61,206 bases of DNA from a candidate division WOR-3 bacterium (GTDB lineage Bacteria; Hydrothermota; Tepidihabitantia; SM23-42; JAOAFX01), in NCBI GenBank assembly GCA_039802265.1, contig JBDRWI010000004.1, positions 1 through 61,206 of the forward strand, in the 5' to 3' direction. The translations under genes were made by a program, and so were the position numbers. The notes below the pieces were generated by a model. The model did not search any database and was not told the DNA's origin. It saw only the letters and a list, made by a program, of their open reading frames with translations. Below are positions 8,459-18,472 of the stretch, piece by piece. Within the stretch, counting starts at the first letter, position 1. The number at the start of each line of letters is the position of its first letter.

Positions 8459-11400
8459 CTACTTTAACAATACCGCCTTTGCTACTTTGCTATTCTTACC
8501 GCATTCAAGCCGGATAAAATAGACCCCGGCGGGCAGACGCCGACCCAGATCATCAGTGCCATCCCATATGATTTCCGTAGAGCGTCCATCGTAGGTCGTA
8601 AGTCGTGGAAAATCTCTAACAAGTCTACCCGTCGCATCGTAGATACAAAGAGTAGCAAGTAGAGAGTAGCGGGTAGAGAGATTTTTGTTTGGAATTTGGG
8701 ATTTGGAATTTGTTTGGAATTTGGGATTTGGAATTTGGAATTTAATCACGCAGTGATTCTGAAATGGATTGGGATAGACCTGTAATTGAAAGTGGGAAGT
8801 GAGAAGTGGGAATTGAGAAATAATTTCTATACCAGGTAGATTTTTTGATTTGTAGACACCTGAATTATACTGGTCATAGCGGAACCTGGGCCACTCATAC
8901 TTTGTGGTATTCAAATCAAAGACATAAAACTTGAAATCGCAGGGTGCGACCATCAACTCCAGTTTTCCATCGAGGTCAATGTCGTAGACGGCAGGAGAAC
9001 CGTTGATATAGTTGCCCACTTCAATCGGGAAACCAGATAATGATTGTGATTTGTAATTATATCCATAAACCTTCCAGTTGTTTGCAGGAACAATTATGTC
9101 ACTGACATTGTCGTTATTCAAATCAGCACAGACTAATCTGCGCCAGTCGTGCTCGGAACTTATCAGGGGAAAATTAGAGAGCGTATTACCCAGGGAATCA
9201 AAGACCCAGAGGTTTCCACTCTTGCTCTCAGCGCAGATCAATTCAGGTCTGCCATCTCCGGTAATATCGGCAAAGACCGGATAGGATTCAATCATCTCAA
9301 GATATGGTATCTCGTGAGACCAGAGGATATTCCCATCCGGCGAGACAAGATATACTTTGTGTGTGGAATCCGTAAAGAAGGCAATCTCCAATCTTGAATC
9401 ACCAATTATATCACCGAGCACGACCGCACAGCGCAGGCGGTATTCAGGCTGGATAAAGACTGGAAATGGTGGAAGATAATTGCCAAATCTATCCCAGACA
9501 TATAAAGAGTCTGACCAACTGCCACCGCAGGAGACAATCTCTAAGTGCCCGTCATTATTGAGGTCACCAACTGCCGGTGCACCAACGGCATTGCCCGGAC
9601 CATCAAATAATAATCCAGATGGCGAAAAGTAGCCCGTGCCATCAAATTTAAAGCCATAGATATCTGCCCATTCGGTTCTTACAACAATCTCTAAATCGCC
9701 ATCCTCATCAAGGTCGCCGAGGACCGGACAACTCAAGATTCTTCCCGGAACCGTAATCGGCCAACCCGGTAATGGCAGATAGATTGTATCATAGCAGGTG
9801 ATTGCATAAAGATTATTTGTCGTCCTGCGGACGCCGAACACCAAATCCATAATTCCATCATTATTTAAGTCACCTATTGCCGGGGATGTCCACATCTCAC
9901 CATTGGCAACGAATATCCTGCCGTCACCATAAGGTGATTGTGCGACCGGTGTTCCATCATAGTGCCAGGCATATACAGCCCCGTCATTTCGGGTTGCGGC
10001 AACAATCTCTAATCCCGGATAAGATGGGTCAAGTTCTCCAAAATTACAGGAACAGTATGGATGAGCATAGAGCACCCGAGGCCAGCCCGGGGCAATTGCC
10101 GGGTTTGGTCTGGCGCTGAGTGTTTCTGTACACAATCCCTGGTTCATAAAGGAGTCAACCGCAAAGAGGTAATAATAGTAATCAATACCGGTTTGGACAT
10201 TGTAGTCTTCAAAGGTGCTTATCCGTTCCAAGGAATTCCTTAAGAATTCATAATTTCCAGCCGGATTTGTTGCCCGATAAATCCGGTAACCTATTGCCCC
10301 GTCAACCGGTTTCCACTGTAGTATAATTGAATTGAAAGAACCAATGGCTTTGAAAGAATCAGGTCTTGGGGGTGTTTGTAAAGAAATTCTTTGATTGGCA
10401 ATCTCAAGACCACGATAATAGAGGCGGAAATTGTATTCAATATCCCCCGGATAATTTAAAAGCAGACCGAGCGAGTCCAGGGCACTCGCGATGCCACCCG
10501 GCAAAATATCGGGAAAATATGCTACACTATCAATGACTGTTATTGTATCGGAGAGGGAATAGATTTTGCATATCACAGATTCTGCCCGGCAATGCCCAGA
10601 GTTTTCTACAACCGGAGAAATGAGATAATTACCCGTCGAAGAATCACAATGCTGGGTGAATAGTCTCAGGTTAGGTGAAAAGGCAATAATCTGAAAGGAA
10701 TCGCTATTTGTCCCATTGTAGGTAATGGAGATAGAAAAGTCAATTGAGTGTTCATCAGGTGTTTCTTTTTTTACTTTAAAATAAAATGGGGTCAGATTTT
10801 CCGCAATTGCATTGGGGCTGATATCTGGATAGGTTGCTGAGTTATTTAATATCGTAATAAAACTATCTGAACTAAAAATCTGGGCGGAAACTCCAACCGC
10901 ATTCGCACTTCCATTATTCTTTAAACCGATTAAAAGAAAGATATCCTCTCCCGGGTTTACCATCCCATTACCATTATGCAGGGTATCTTTAATCGTAAAA
11001 TGGTCAAAGACAAGATGGGGGATTGTTGGACTCACATACAGGGAATCAATATGGTTACGGAAGCGGCCTTTAAGAATAGAATATTTCAAATAACCGGGGG
11101 TTTCAGTCTTTATTTGCGTAGTGATTGAACCAGAGAGCCCTGAGTCTTTCATAAAGACATCATTTTCTTTATAGAATATTACTACAAATGAATCAACCGG
11201 CGGAGTTAATGTGATTGTTAATGTATCAATACCGAGATTGAGCGTTTCAGGATTCACCACCACTGCATCAAAGACCTTCGGGATACTATCCCAGATGGTT
11301 ACAACCGGGTCGCCCAGAAGGTTTATTGAATAAAGATAGAAACGATACCAGTTATCATACTGCGCCTGTGGGATAAAAAGAATCTTTGATTTCCCCAAAG

Positions 11401-13009
11401 CCATGGAAATGGGGAAGGAAAATAATGAGTCATAGAGGGCACAGGTGAAATCCAAAGTGTGGATATAGGCATCGCTTGGGCTGGTTGGACCGATATAAGC
11501 AATTCCACCGCCTGAAGGATTGTTTACAAAGTGCTCACCAAGGCAGTCACTCTGAAACGGTCCGGTGTAGCAGGAAATAACATCAAGCAGGGCATAACGG
11601 TCAACATTGGTCAATGAGTCAAAGAAAAAGTTGGTCACATATTCAGGGGCAGGATTTACCCTCAAGAGATTCACATCTCCATGGCCAATCGCCTGGATTA
11701 TTCCAAATCCGGAGTAGATGGAATCCTTGAATGCCTGCAATGATGCATTGTTAAGATAACTCTTAATAAACCATGGAGGAAGATATGTGGATAGGTATTG
11801 GGCAAGGTCATAGGCATCATTTTGATAGAAAAGGTCTGAAGTAACTGCCAGCCACTTAATCTGAATACCCAGATTTGTCGGAAATAGATAAGAGGACTCC
11901 TTATTGAAATAACCCATAACTCCATTAATATCTTTCATTGTGAGACGACCAACAAATATATCAGGGTAAAAGTCAATTGAGTCCTCAACTTCCCCGAACC
12001 GCTCATCACCGTCAAAATTCCAGTTGCCATCAAGGTCAGAAAAATACAGGTCGGTGGTAATATGTTCGGGCCACTGGTCAGGGTCAATTAAAGAAAGCCA
12101 GACCCATCTGGTTGGAATATCCGGAACATCGCCACCCAGCAATGCGAAACCTGTTCCCCACTTCTCCACCGCATCTATTAAGAAATTTCTTATTCTCTCT
12201 GCATCATCAATTCCCGAGTAGTGCTGTCTGACCCAGGTTAAGGTCCTTATTGCAGCATTGAAACCAAACAATTTCCTTAACCGGGCAATTTTTTCATATC
12301 CCTGAATTAGCGGCTCTCTGGTGATGATTACCAAGTCAACCGGGGGGCCAAGAAGAGATGGTAGTTCAGTTGGTAGTTGGTCTCTCGGATTTTCATTTAT
12401 TTCACATTGAGTAGGTATTACGCTATTTCTGACTAATGAAGAAACAAATCGACCAAATACTGAGCTTGATAGACTTGATTCACGCAGGGGTTGAATCCCG
12501 AAATTAACAGGTATGGTATGGACCTTGATTGTCAATTTCTTTAAAACGAATAGCCTTTTTAACGCGGGTTGATACCGGAAAGGAGAAATTAACACCTGAA
12601 AGATTTGATAACCCCTCAGGTTCCCAGACTTATAAGAAATAACCGGTGTCAATGGATAGGATTCTAACGAGTTGTATATCTCTAAATTGGGTTCGGTAAA
12701 TTGTGGCATTTTGTTCAGGGAAAAGTGCTTCTGTTCAGGACAGACTAAAAAATTACCGGGTATTTCTTCCCATTCTTCATGAACGATTTCAATCTTATTT
12801 ACCTTCTGCCCCGGGGTGATTGAGTAGTTATAAACCAACCCGGGCACTTCCGGTGCACCGGGGTTATTTAGATAGACCCCATCTTTTAGTAATATCCGGT
12901 CATAGTTCTGGAATTTTTCTATTTTGTAGTCAATATCTCTAAGGGGAATCTCAAAGACCAGACCGAAACCAAAAGACGAGAGTCCTAAAAAAACCAAAAA
13001 GCTTCTCAT
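8459..13009 (-). CDS. Secreted C25 (gingipain-like) cysteine peptidase with propeptide, FN3, FG-GAP/VCBS repeats and CTD
   Basis: LLGGD, TDLYFSDLDG, IFVGRL, catalytic GHG and SC, NLLGDP; GDLNNDG repeats; W..FRYD..NSG; CTD VYPNPF..GVYFIRL. Confidence 0.9.
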   Translation of the reverse strand: MRSFLVFLGLSSFGFGLVFEIPLRDIDYKIEKFQNYDRILLKDGVYLNNPGAPEVPGLVYNYSITPGQKVNKIEIVHEEWEEIPGNFLVCPEQKHFSLNKMPQFTEPNLEIYNSLESYPLTPVISYKSGNLRGYQIFQVLISPFRYQPALKRLFVLKKLTIKVHTIPVNFGIQPLRESSLSSSVFGRFVSSLVRNSVIPTQCEINENPRDQLPTELPSLLGPPVDLVIITREPLIQGYEKIARLRKLFGFNAAIRTLTWVRQHYSGIDDAERIRNFLIDAVEKWGTGFALLGGDVPDIPTRWVWLSLIDPDQWPEHITTDLYFSDLDGNWNFDGDERFGEVEDSIDFYPDIFVGRLTMKDINGVMGYFNKESSYLFPTNLGIQIKWLAVTSDLFYQNDAYDLAQYLSTYLPPWFIKSYLNNASLQAFKDSIYSGFGIIQAIGHGDVNLLRVNPAPEYVTNFFFDSLTNVDRYALLDVISCYTGPFQSDCLGEHFVNNPSGGGIAYIGPTSPSDAYIHTLDFTCALYDSLFSFPISMALGKSKILFIPQAQYDNWYRFYLYSINLLGDPVVTIWDSIPKVFDAVVVNPETLNLGIDTLTITLTPPVDSFVVIFYKENDVFMKDSGLSGSITTQIKTETPGYLKYSILKGRFRNHIDSLYVSPTIPHLVFDHFTIKDTLHNGNGMVNPGEDIFLLIGLKNNGSANAVGVSAQIFSSDSFITILNNSATYPDISPNAIAENLTPFYFKVKKETPDEHSIDFSISITYNGTNSDSFQIIAFSPNLRLFTQHCDSSTGNYLISPVVENSGHCRAESVICKIYSLSDTITVIDSVAYFPDILPGGIASALDSLGLLLNYPGDIEYNFRLYYRGLEIANQRISLQTPPRPDSFKAIGSFNSIILQWKPVDGAIGYRIYRATNPAGNYEFLRNSLERISTFEDYNVQTGIDYYYYLFAVDSFMNQGLCTETLSARPNPAIAPGWPRVLYAHPYCSCNFGELDPSYPGLEIVAATRNDGAVYAWHYDGTPVAQSPYGDGRIFVANGEMWTSPAIGDLNNDGIMDLVFGVRRTTNNLYAITCYDTIYLPLPGWPITVPGRILSCPVLGDLDEDGDLEIVVRTEWADIYGFKFDGTGYFSPSGLLFDGPGNAVGAPAVGDLNNDGHLEIVSCGGSWSDSLYVWDRFGNYLPPFPVFIQPEYRLRCAVVLGDIIGDSRLEIAFFTDSTHKVYLVSPDGNILWSHEIPYLEMIESYPVFADITGDGRPELICAESKSGNLWVFDSLGNTLSNFPLISSEHDWRRLVCADLNNDNVSDIIVPANNWKVYGYNYKSQSLSGFPIEVGNYINGSPAVYDIDLDGKLELMVAPCDFKFYVFDLNTTKYEWPRFRYDQYNSGVYKSKNLPGIEIISQFPLLTSHFQLQVYPNPFQNHCVIKFQIPNPKFQTNSKSQIPNKNLSTRYSLLATLCIYDATGRLVRDFPRLTTYDGRSTEIIWDGTDDLGRRLPAGVYFIRLECGKNSKVAKAVLLK
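8576..8820. repeat. Four different 7-nt-period repeat tracts inside the CTD coding region
   Basis: cgtagag-cgtccat-cgtaggt-cgtaagt (8576-8610); agtagca-agtagag-agtagcg-ggtagag (~8650-8678); (ttggaat/ttgggat)n (~8688-8742); aagtggg-aagtgag-aagtggg-aattgag (~8789-8817). Confidence 0.85.
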
Positions 13010-13028
13010 AAATCCTCCCTATATTTTA

Positions 13029-14096
13029 TTATTCCAATTTTATTACCTTTATTGTCTTTGTGAAATCTTTTGCCCTTATTGTACAGAAATAAACACCCGG
13101 GGCCAACTCTCTACCCCTCCAATCATCTCCGTACCAACGAAAATCAACCAGTGAAGATTGTCCCTTGACTTCTGGAAAAGCCTTAACCAGACACCCCTTC
13201 ACATCAAAGATATTTATTGCTAAGCCCGACTTTCCGAAATAAAAATGGTCAGCCAATTTTAATACAATTGATGTAGTATTACGAAATGGGTTGGGATGGA
13301 CAGAAAAATTAAACCGACCGTTATTTTCTATTTTTCCATTCTCATCAATTCCCACAAGTAGGTCAAAATTGACGATTGTAGTATTGAGAGAGCCAAGCCA
13401 CCAGGTCAATTGGCTATCAGGGAGATAACCAAGAGCGGTCACCTTAATCCAGTATCTATCAGGGAGTAAACTATCAATAAGATAAGACCCATCAGAAGAG
13501 GTATAGGTTGAACTTAAAATGGGTAAAGGGCTACCCATATATGCCCGCCAGCACCTCGCAGTTACACAGGCATTTGAGAGCGGTATGCCTCCGCTGGATA
13601 CTACACCTCCAACTTTGCATCCAGAATAATCATCGTTAGGAAAACCGGGTGTTGGTGTATAGTCTATATACCAATCAAATAAATCGTACCAATAATCGTA
13701 TAATAATCGGACATAAAATCTTGATGTAGATCCACCAGCAGGGGGATTCGGTGCCCAGTTAGGATACCGGATTGAATCAGAAATTCCAAAGTTTGTATAA
13801 ATCTTTATAAAACCGGTATCCGGTGGTAGATAATAAGAGCCACTCAAACTTAAAGTATCAATTACTACATAATTACTTTCGGTAAGGTACAGACTGGTAT
13901 CAATTATTGACGTTCCACCAGAGGTAATTATCTGGCTATTAAGCAGGTTTCCTCCAGGAAATCCTGTCTGAGGTGTTATATGCAATTCAAGCCTCTGAGT
14001 AGAATCGGTCTGGTATTCATTTAATATATATACTGGATATGGATTGGCAAGGACTAACAAAAACATTATCTTTAAGACAATTATAAATCGTCCCAT
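13029..14096 (-). CDS. Secreted protein with carboxypeptidase-regulatory-like domain and CTD
   Basis: Signal peptide; PTPG.PN; G.V..G.PL.NA.V..T..DGSY.I..L..Y.I.V.A.GY; CTD HPNPF..GVYFC. Confidence 0.75.
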   Translation of the reverse strand: MGRFIIVLKIMFLLVLANPYPVYILNEYQTDSTQRLELHITPQTGFPGGNLLNSQIITSGGTSIIDTSLYLTESNYVVIDTLSLSGSYYLPPDTGFIKIYTNFGISDSIRYPNWAPNPPAGGSTSRFYVRLLYDYWYDLFDWYIDYTPTPGFPNDDYSGCKVGGVVSSGGIPLSNACVTARCWRAYMGSPLPILSSTYTSSDGSYLIDSLLPDRYWIKVTALGYLPDSQLTWWLGSLNTTIVNFDLLVGIDENGKIENNGRFNFSVHPNPFRNTTSIVLKLADHFYFGKSGLAINIFDVKGCLVKAFPEVKGQSSLVDFRWYGDDWRGRELAPGVYFCTIRAKDFTKTIKVIKLE

Positions 14097-14116
14097 AGTT
14101 GCCCTTTATTTTATTA

Positions 14117-14144
14117 ATTATATTTTTATTTTAAGAGATGTCAA
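14117..14144 (-). promoter_or_regulatory. sigma70-type promoter
   Basis: TTGACA-N16-TATAAT on the minus strand, upstream of 14096. Confidence 0.75.
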
Positions 14145-14182
14145 GGCCTACAATTTATCTTTTTGCTGACGCGATAATTTCT

Positions 14183-14686
14183 TTATGAGTTTTTACGATA
14201 CACCTCTGTTTGAAGGCGGAGTTTTTTCTTCAATGCCCTGTTCACCACTGGTGGCACAAGTTTTGAAATATCACCACCGAGCCTGGCAATCTCCTTGACC
14301 AGGGAAGAGCTGACAAAGATATAATTTTCCGATGGCATCAAAAAAAGGGTATCTATCTCCGGTGCGAGTTTCCGGTTCATCAAGGTCATCTGAAATTCAT
14401 AATCAAAGTCAGAGACTGCCCTTATTCCCCGAATTATCGTCTTTGCCGAAATCTGTTTGGCGAAGTCCACGAGCAATCCAGAAAACCCCATAACCCGCAC
14501 CTTTTTATTCTCCCTTAAAGACCTCTCGGCTAATTCAATTCTTTCCTTTAAAGAAAAGAGGGTGGTTTTGGGATAATTACTCACCCCTACTACCACCAGG
14601 TCAAAAATCCTGGTTGCCCGGTTTATTACATCAATATGACCATAGGTAATCGGATCAAATGTTCCCGCATAGATTGCCTTTTTCAT
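14183..14686 (-). CDS. coaD: Phosphopantetheine adenylyltransferase
   Basis: YAGTFDPITYGH, IIRGIRAVSDFDYE, SSSLVKEIA. Confidence 0.97.
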   Translation of the reverse strand: MKKAIYAGTFDPITYGHIDVINRATRIFDLVVVGVSNYPKTTLFSLKERIELAERSLRENKKVRVMGFSGLLVDFAKQISAKTIIRGIRAVSDFDYEFQMTLMNRKLAPEIDTLFLMPSENYIFVSSSLVKEIARLGGDISKLVPPVVNRALKKKLRLQTEVYRKNS

Positions 14687-15222
14687 AACTTCTCCTTGGC
14701 TAAAATAAATAAAATCTCTGTATCACCATATCTCCTCTTCTTTAATAAATATAATCCGGGTGGAATTTCAAATTGTGTATGAGCCCTGTGTTCGGCAATA
14801 ATCACTCCTTCGCCTTTGAGGAGATTTTTCTCTTTAATCAACCTAAGTGCAAATGACAGATAATTTTTTTTGTACGGTGGGTCAAGAAAGATTATGTCAA
14901 ATTCACGGCCCGACAACTTTTTGAGTGCGGGGCGAAAATCGCCACCAATAACCTGCACTCCCTCTTTAAGGTCTAAACGCCTTAAGTTTGTAATCAATAC
15001 CCGGGGATTGACCTCAATAAATACTACCGACTTTGCTCCCCGAGAAATTGCCTCAATTCCCATTGCCCCGGTGCCTGCAAATATATCAAGGACCGATGCC
15101 TGATAAATCTTTTCACCAATTACATTAAATATCGCCTGACGGACCAACCTTCTGGTTGGTCTGATCCCCCTTTTTGCTATTCGGAGTGTCTCCCCCTTTT
15201 TTATCCCGGCAGTGATCCTCAT
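14683..15222 (-). CDS. rsmD: 16S rRNA m2G966 methyltransferase
   Basis: MRITAG..RPT, LDIFAGTGAMGIEAISRGA, FLDPPY, YGDT; adjacent to coaD; start taken at MRITAG. Confidence 0.93.
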   Translation of the reverse strand: MRITAGIKKGETLRIAKRGIRPTRRLVRQAIFNVIGEKIYQASVLDIFAGTGAMGIEAISRGAKSVVFIEVNPRVLITNLRRLDLKEGVQVIGGDFRPALKKLSGREFDIIFLDPPYKKNYLSFALRLIKEKNLLKGEGVIIAEHRAHTQFEIPPGLYLLKKRRYGDTEILFILAKEKL

Positions 15223-15286
15223 AATAATATGCCCCGAGTCCATATATATAACCCGGGGCATCTAAAATACTGTTTTATTGTAAGGC

Positions 15287-16888
15287 TTAACCCTTTATAA
15301 TCGTCGGAGTAATGAATATCAATAACTCACGGTCTTCATAAGTTGTTGTGGTCTCTCTGAACAGGGCACCAATAATTGGAATGCTCCTCAAGATCGGTAT
15401 TCCCCGCACACTCTTTGTCTCTTTCTTTCTTATGAAGCCACCGATCACGACAGTATTTCCATCTTTCACCAATACCTTGGAATCTGCCTCAGATGTAGTA
15501 ATGATTGGTCTTCCGGCAAGGGCGGAGGCGCGGTCAAGTTCACTTACCTCGGCATGGATTTCCATTGTAATCTCTTCCAGTGAATTAATATGGGGTACGA
15601 CCTCTAATTTTGTTCCCACGGTATAGAATTGAATAACGGTATTACCGGCCATATCACGGGTAGGAATACCAAAACGCTGGCCACCTAAGATTGAAGCACG
15701 CTGGTTATCAACAGCGGAAACCCTGGGTGCCGAGAGTGTCTGTGCCTTACCGCTTTCCTCCAGCAGATTTATTGTTGCAGCAACCTGTGCCAGGGAAGGG
15801 ACAGTACCAATATTAAAGACACCGTAACCCGCAATTGCTGGATTGGGATTACTTGTAAGATCCGCCCTTAAGATTCTGCTCTCCAACCCTTTCAGGGTCC
15901 AGTTTATCCCCAGGCCCTGGGATTGAGCCGCATCCATATCAACAACCTTTGCCATAATCTCCACCTGGGGTGTTGGTGTATCAAGCAGTTTCACGAGTTG
16001 CTTAATCTTCTCCTGAATCGGTTCTACATCAGATACCACGACCGAATTTGTCCTCTCATCAACATTTGCCTTTCCTTTGGGTGAAAGCATCGCCTGAATT
16101 TTTGTCAACATCTCACTGGGTTTAGCAAATTCAAGTTTATAAATATTTGATACAATGGGCAGGTCAAAGTCCTGTTTATCAAGATTTTCTGCAGTATCAA
16201 CCCTGATTACACCGGGGTCTTCACGATAGGCATAACCCGATGCCTTCAGGATTATCTCCAGTGCCTGCTTCCAGGGAACATTGTGTAATCTTACTGTGAC
16301 CGTTCCCTTTACATCCTTACCGGCCACTATATTGACACCCGCATATTCAGAGAGTGCACGCAAGACTGTAAGAATATCTGCATTCTCTAAGTCAATGCTG
16401 ATTGGCCGGCCGGTGATACTAACTGCCGGTCTTCCAGCAGGAACTGAAGGTGGTGCTGCAGGAACTGAAGGCGCCGGTGCAACTGCCTCAGCAATAACTG
16501 CCCGCCATTCCGTAAACGGAGCTGTTGATGCATTCAGCAGAGTAACGACAAAATTGTTCCCTTCGGTCAGGGTTAAGAAGGAGTAATCCTGATTTAGTTT
16601 AGCCACAACTCTGATTAAATCGGGCTGGGCAGTAAAACCGGTTACGGAAATCTCACTCACTCCATCCCGGCTTACTTGGTATGTCTTGCCCACCAATGCG
16701 CTGGAAACACCCGAGCAATCAATAACAATCCGTGATGGCTCTTTCAGACTGAATGCATTGGCAATAAATGGCCCATCTGCTTCAATCGTAAGTTTTGTAT
16801 TTACTCCCTCCGGGCTTACTACAATATCCTTTATTACTACACCGCTTACCAGAGAGAGCAATGAGATAATGGTAAAGACAAATCTCAT
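15287..16888 (-). CDS. pilQ: Type IV pilus secretin PilQ (AMIN + secretin)
   Basis: PSRIVID AMIN motif; VPWKQAL; DERTNS; QVEIMAKVV; IP.L..IP.IG.LF; ELLIFITP. Confidence 0.9.
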   Translation of the reverse strand: MRFVFTIISLLSLVSGVVIKDIVVSPEGVNTKLTIEADGPFIANAFSLKEPSRIVIDCSGVSSALVGKTYQVSRDGVSEISVTGFTAQPDLIRVVAKLNQDYSFLTLTEGNNFVVTLLNASTAPFTEWRAVIAEAVAPAPSVPAAPPSVPAGRPAVSITGRPISIDLENADILTVLRALSEYAGVNIVAGKDVKGTVTVRLHNVPWKQALEIILKASGYAYREDPGVIRVDTAENLDKQDFDLPIVSNIYKLEFAKPSEMLTKIQAMLSPKGKANVDERTNSVVVSDVEPIQEKIKQLVKLLDTPTPQVEIMAKVVDMDAAQSQGLGINWTLKGLESRILRADLTSNPNPAIAGYGVFNIGTVPSLAQVAATINLLEESGKAQTLSAPRVSAVDNQRASILGGQRFGIPTRDMAGNTVIQFYTVGTKLEVVPHINSLEEITMEIHAEVSELDRASALAGRPIITTSEADSKVLVKDGNTVVIGGFIRKKETKSVRGIPILRSIPIIGALFRETTTTYEDRELLIFITPTIIKG

Positions 16889-16891
16889 ATT

Positions 16892-17290
16892 TTACCTCCT
16901 TTCTTTTTCTTCCTGAAGTCTTAATTCATATTTGGTTACCACTCCGGCATGCATAATTTCAAAGGTTATTCCCTGCCGATTTATTTCACTTACATGACCG
17001 CCCGCGACACGGTCACCACGTTTTAGAATATAACCATTATCCTGGCCATCTTTTACCAATGCATAATAGCCCCGCTCACCCCATAAAATTCCGATTAATC
17101 TCAAATTTTCCGGGCTCAAATGGCCAGTCTTACCACCCCCCAATTCCAACCCGACGAGTGGCACAAACGGATCGCGTCGGCCAGCTGGTTCATAATTGTA
17201 TTTCTCCACCGGGAATAAAGAATCACTACCTGGTGTTTGATTAATGAGCAGGAAAAGACATAAAAGATTACCGACGACGTGGGGCAGCAC
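16892..17290 (-). CDS. pilP: Type IV pilus assembly protein, PilP-like
   Basis: Y.P.GRRDPF.P, LRLIGILW..ALV.D; lies between pilO and pilQ; GTG start after AAGGAGG. Confidence 0.75.
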   Translation of the reverse strand: MLPHVVGNLLCLFLLINQTPGSDSLFPVEKYNYEPAGRRDPFVPLVGLELGGGKTGHLSPENLRLIGILWGERGYYALVKDGQDNGYILKRGDRVAGGHVSEINRQGITFEIMHAGVVTKYELRLQEEKERR

Positions 17291-17840
17291 TGGGCACCTC
17301 CTTTCCCTTGGCAAGTGTATAAGTGATTGCCTGAAGTTCTGCCTCGGTACTCCGGTCCTTCCCCGGAGCAATTTTTATTGAAGGCACATTTACAATCCTC
17401 GGTAAATTTCCTACATTGGAAAGGAATCTACCAAGTTGATGATAACCACAGGCAACCTTTATCTGGACCGGAATCTCTGAATACTTCTGTTTCTGTAATG
17501 GTCCTGAGGGCTTGAAAAGTAAGAAACTGACACCCGCCTTGGTACCGGAATTTGATATCTGCTGAATCAGCTTGGGAATCTCTTTTTCTTGGGGCAGTAT
17601 TTCTTTAGCAACCTCCCACTCTGCCTCAAGCCGGGCGATTTTTGCCTGCAATTCAGGAAGACGTGCCTTAGCTTCTTCTGCCTCTTTAACTTTAATCTGC
17701 AATGAATCGCGTCTGGCCGTAAGTACCTTGATTCGATTCTGATTTGAAGTATATGGAAAACGGAAAAACAAAATTAAAACAACGATAAGAACAATAATAA
17801 AGACAATCAACTGCTGGGTTTTTGGCTCTCTTAAATTCAT
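17268..17840 (-). CDS. pilO: Type IV pilus assembly protein PilO
   Basis: N-terminal TM, coiled coil, LP.EKEIP, Y.EIPV..GYHQLG.F..LPRIV. Confidence 0.9.
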   Translation of the reverse strand: MNLREPKTQQLIVFIIVLIVVLILFFRFPYTSNQNRIKVLTARRDSLQIKVKEAEEAKARLPELQAKIARLEAEWEVAKEILPQEKEIPKLIQQISNSGTKAGVSFLLFKPSGPLQKQKYSEIPVQIKVACGYHQLGRFLSNVGNLPRIVNVPSIKIAPGKDRSTEAELQAITYTLAKGKEVPSAAPRRR

Positions 17841-18472
17841 TTCTGCCTCCTACCTGTTGTATCAAAATTTACATTTGCTGTCAGTGTAAATTCCATCATT
17901 TCCTGTTTTTCAACGGTCTTTTTCTCCAGTACCGTAAGATCTACATTAGAAATATACGGCGACTCTTCAAGTCGATTCATAAAATCGGCAACCAGTAAAT
18001 TTGAAGCAGCGGTTCCTTTGATATTGATTGTCCCCTTGGGATTAGGTGTGGTAATATCCTGAGAGGTAATATTCAACATCGTCAACCAGGTAAAATCGGG
18101 AATACGGGCTGAGACTTCGTCAAGGATATGGGCCAATAAGAAACGATTCTTATTTAGTTCTTTGATCGGGGAAATCAATTCCATCAATTCCTTTTCCCTC
18201 TTCTTTAGACTATCTACAGTCGCCACATAAACCTTTAATTCATTAAGTTTAGTATTGAGATCTTTGATATTGCGGTTGAGCGACCCGATTTTATTTGACT
18301 GGATGATCAGAAACAGGGCAATAATTGCAACGACAATAACAATCCCTGCAATGTACACTATCCCCACTTCAATCCTAAGGGGTGCCTTTGGGGGGGCTGC
18401 AGGTTTTACCCCCTCAGGTCTTTTAGGCACACCAACTTTTTTGGGACTCGGTGACAAATTTATCTTAATCAT
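17837..18472 (-). CDS. pilN: Type IV pilus assembly protein PilN
   Basis: MIKINL start, TM, coiled coil, IPD.TWL, VADFM..LE.SP. Confidence 0.9.
   Translation of the reverse strand: MIKINLSPSPKKVGVPKRPEGVKPAAPPKAPLRIEVGIVYIAGIVIVVAIIALFLIIQSNKIGSLNRNIKDLNTKLNELKVYVATVDSLKKREKELMELISPIKELNKNRFLLAHILDEVSARIPDFTWLTMLNITSQDITTPNPKGTINIKGTAASNLLVADFMNRLEESPYISNVDLTVLEKKTVEKQEMMEFTLTANVNFDTTGRRQK

Noticed and set aside
17291..17371. Long N-terminus of pilP from the ORF track
   Set aside because: It overlaps pilO extensively; GTG at 17290 has a proper SD.
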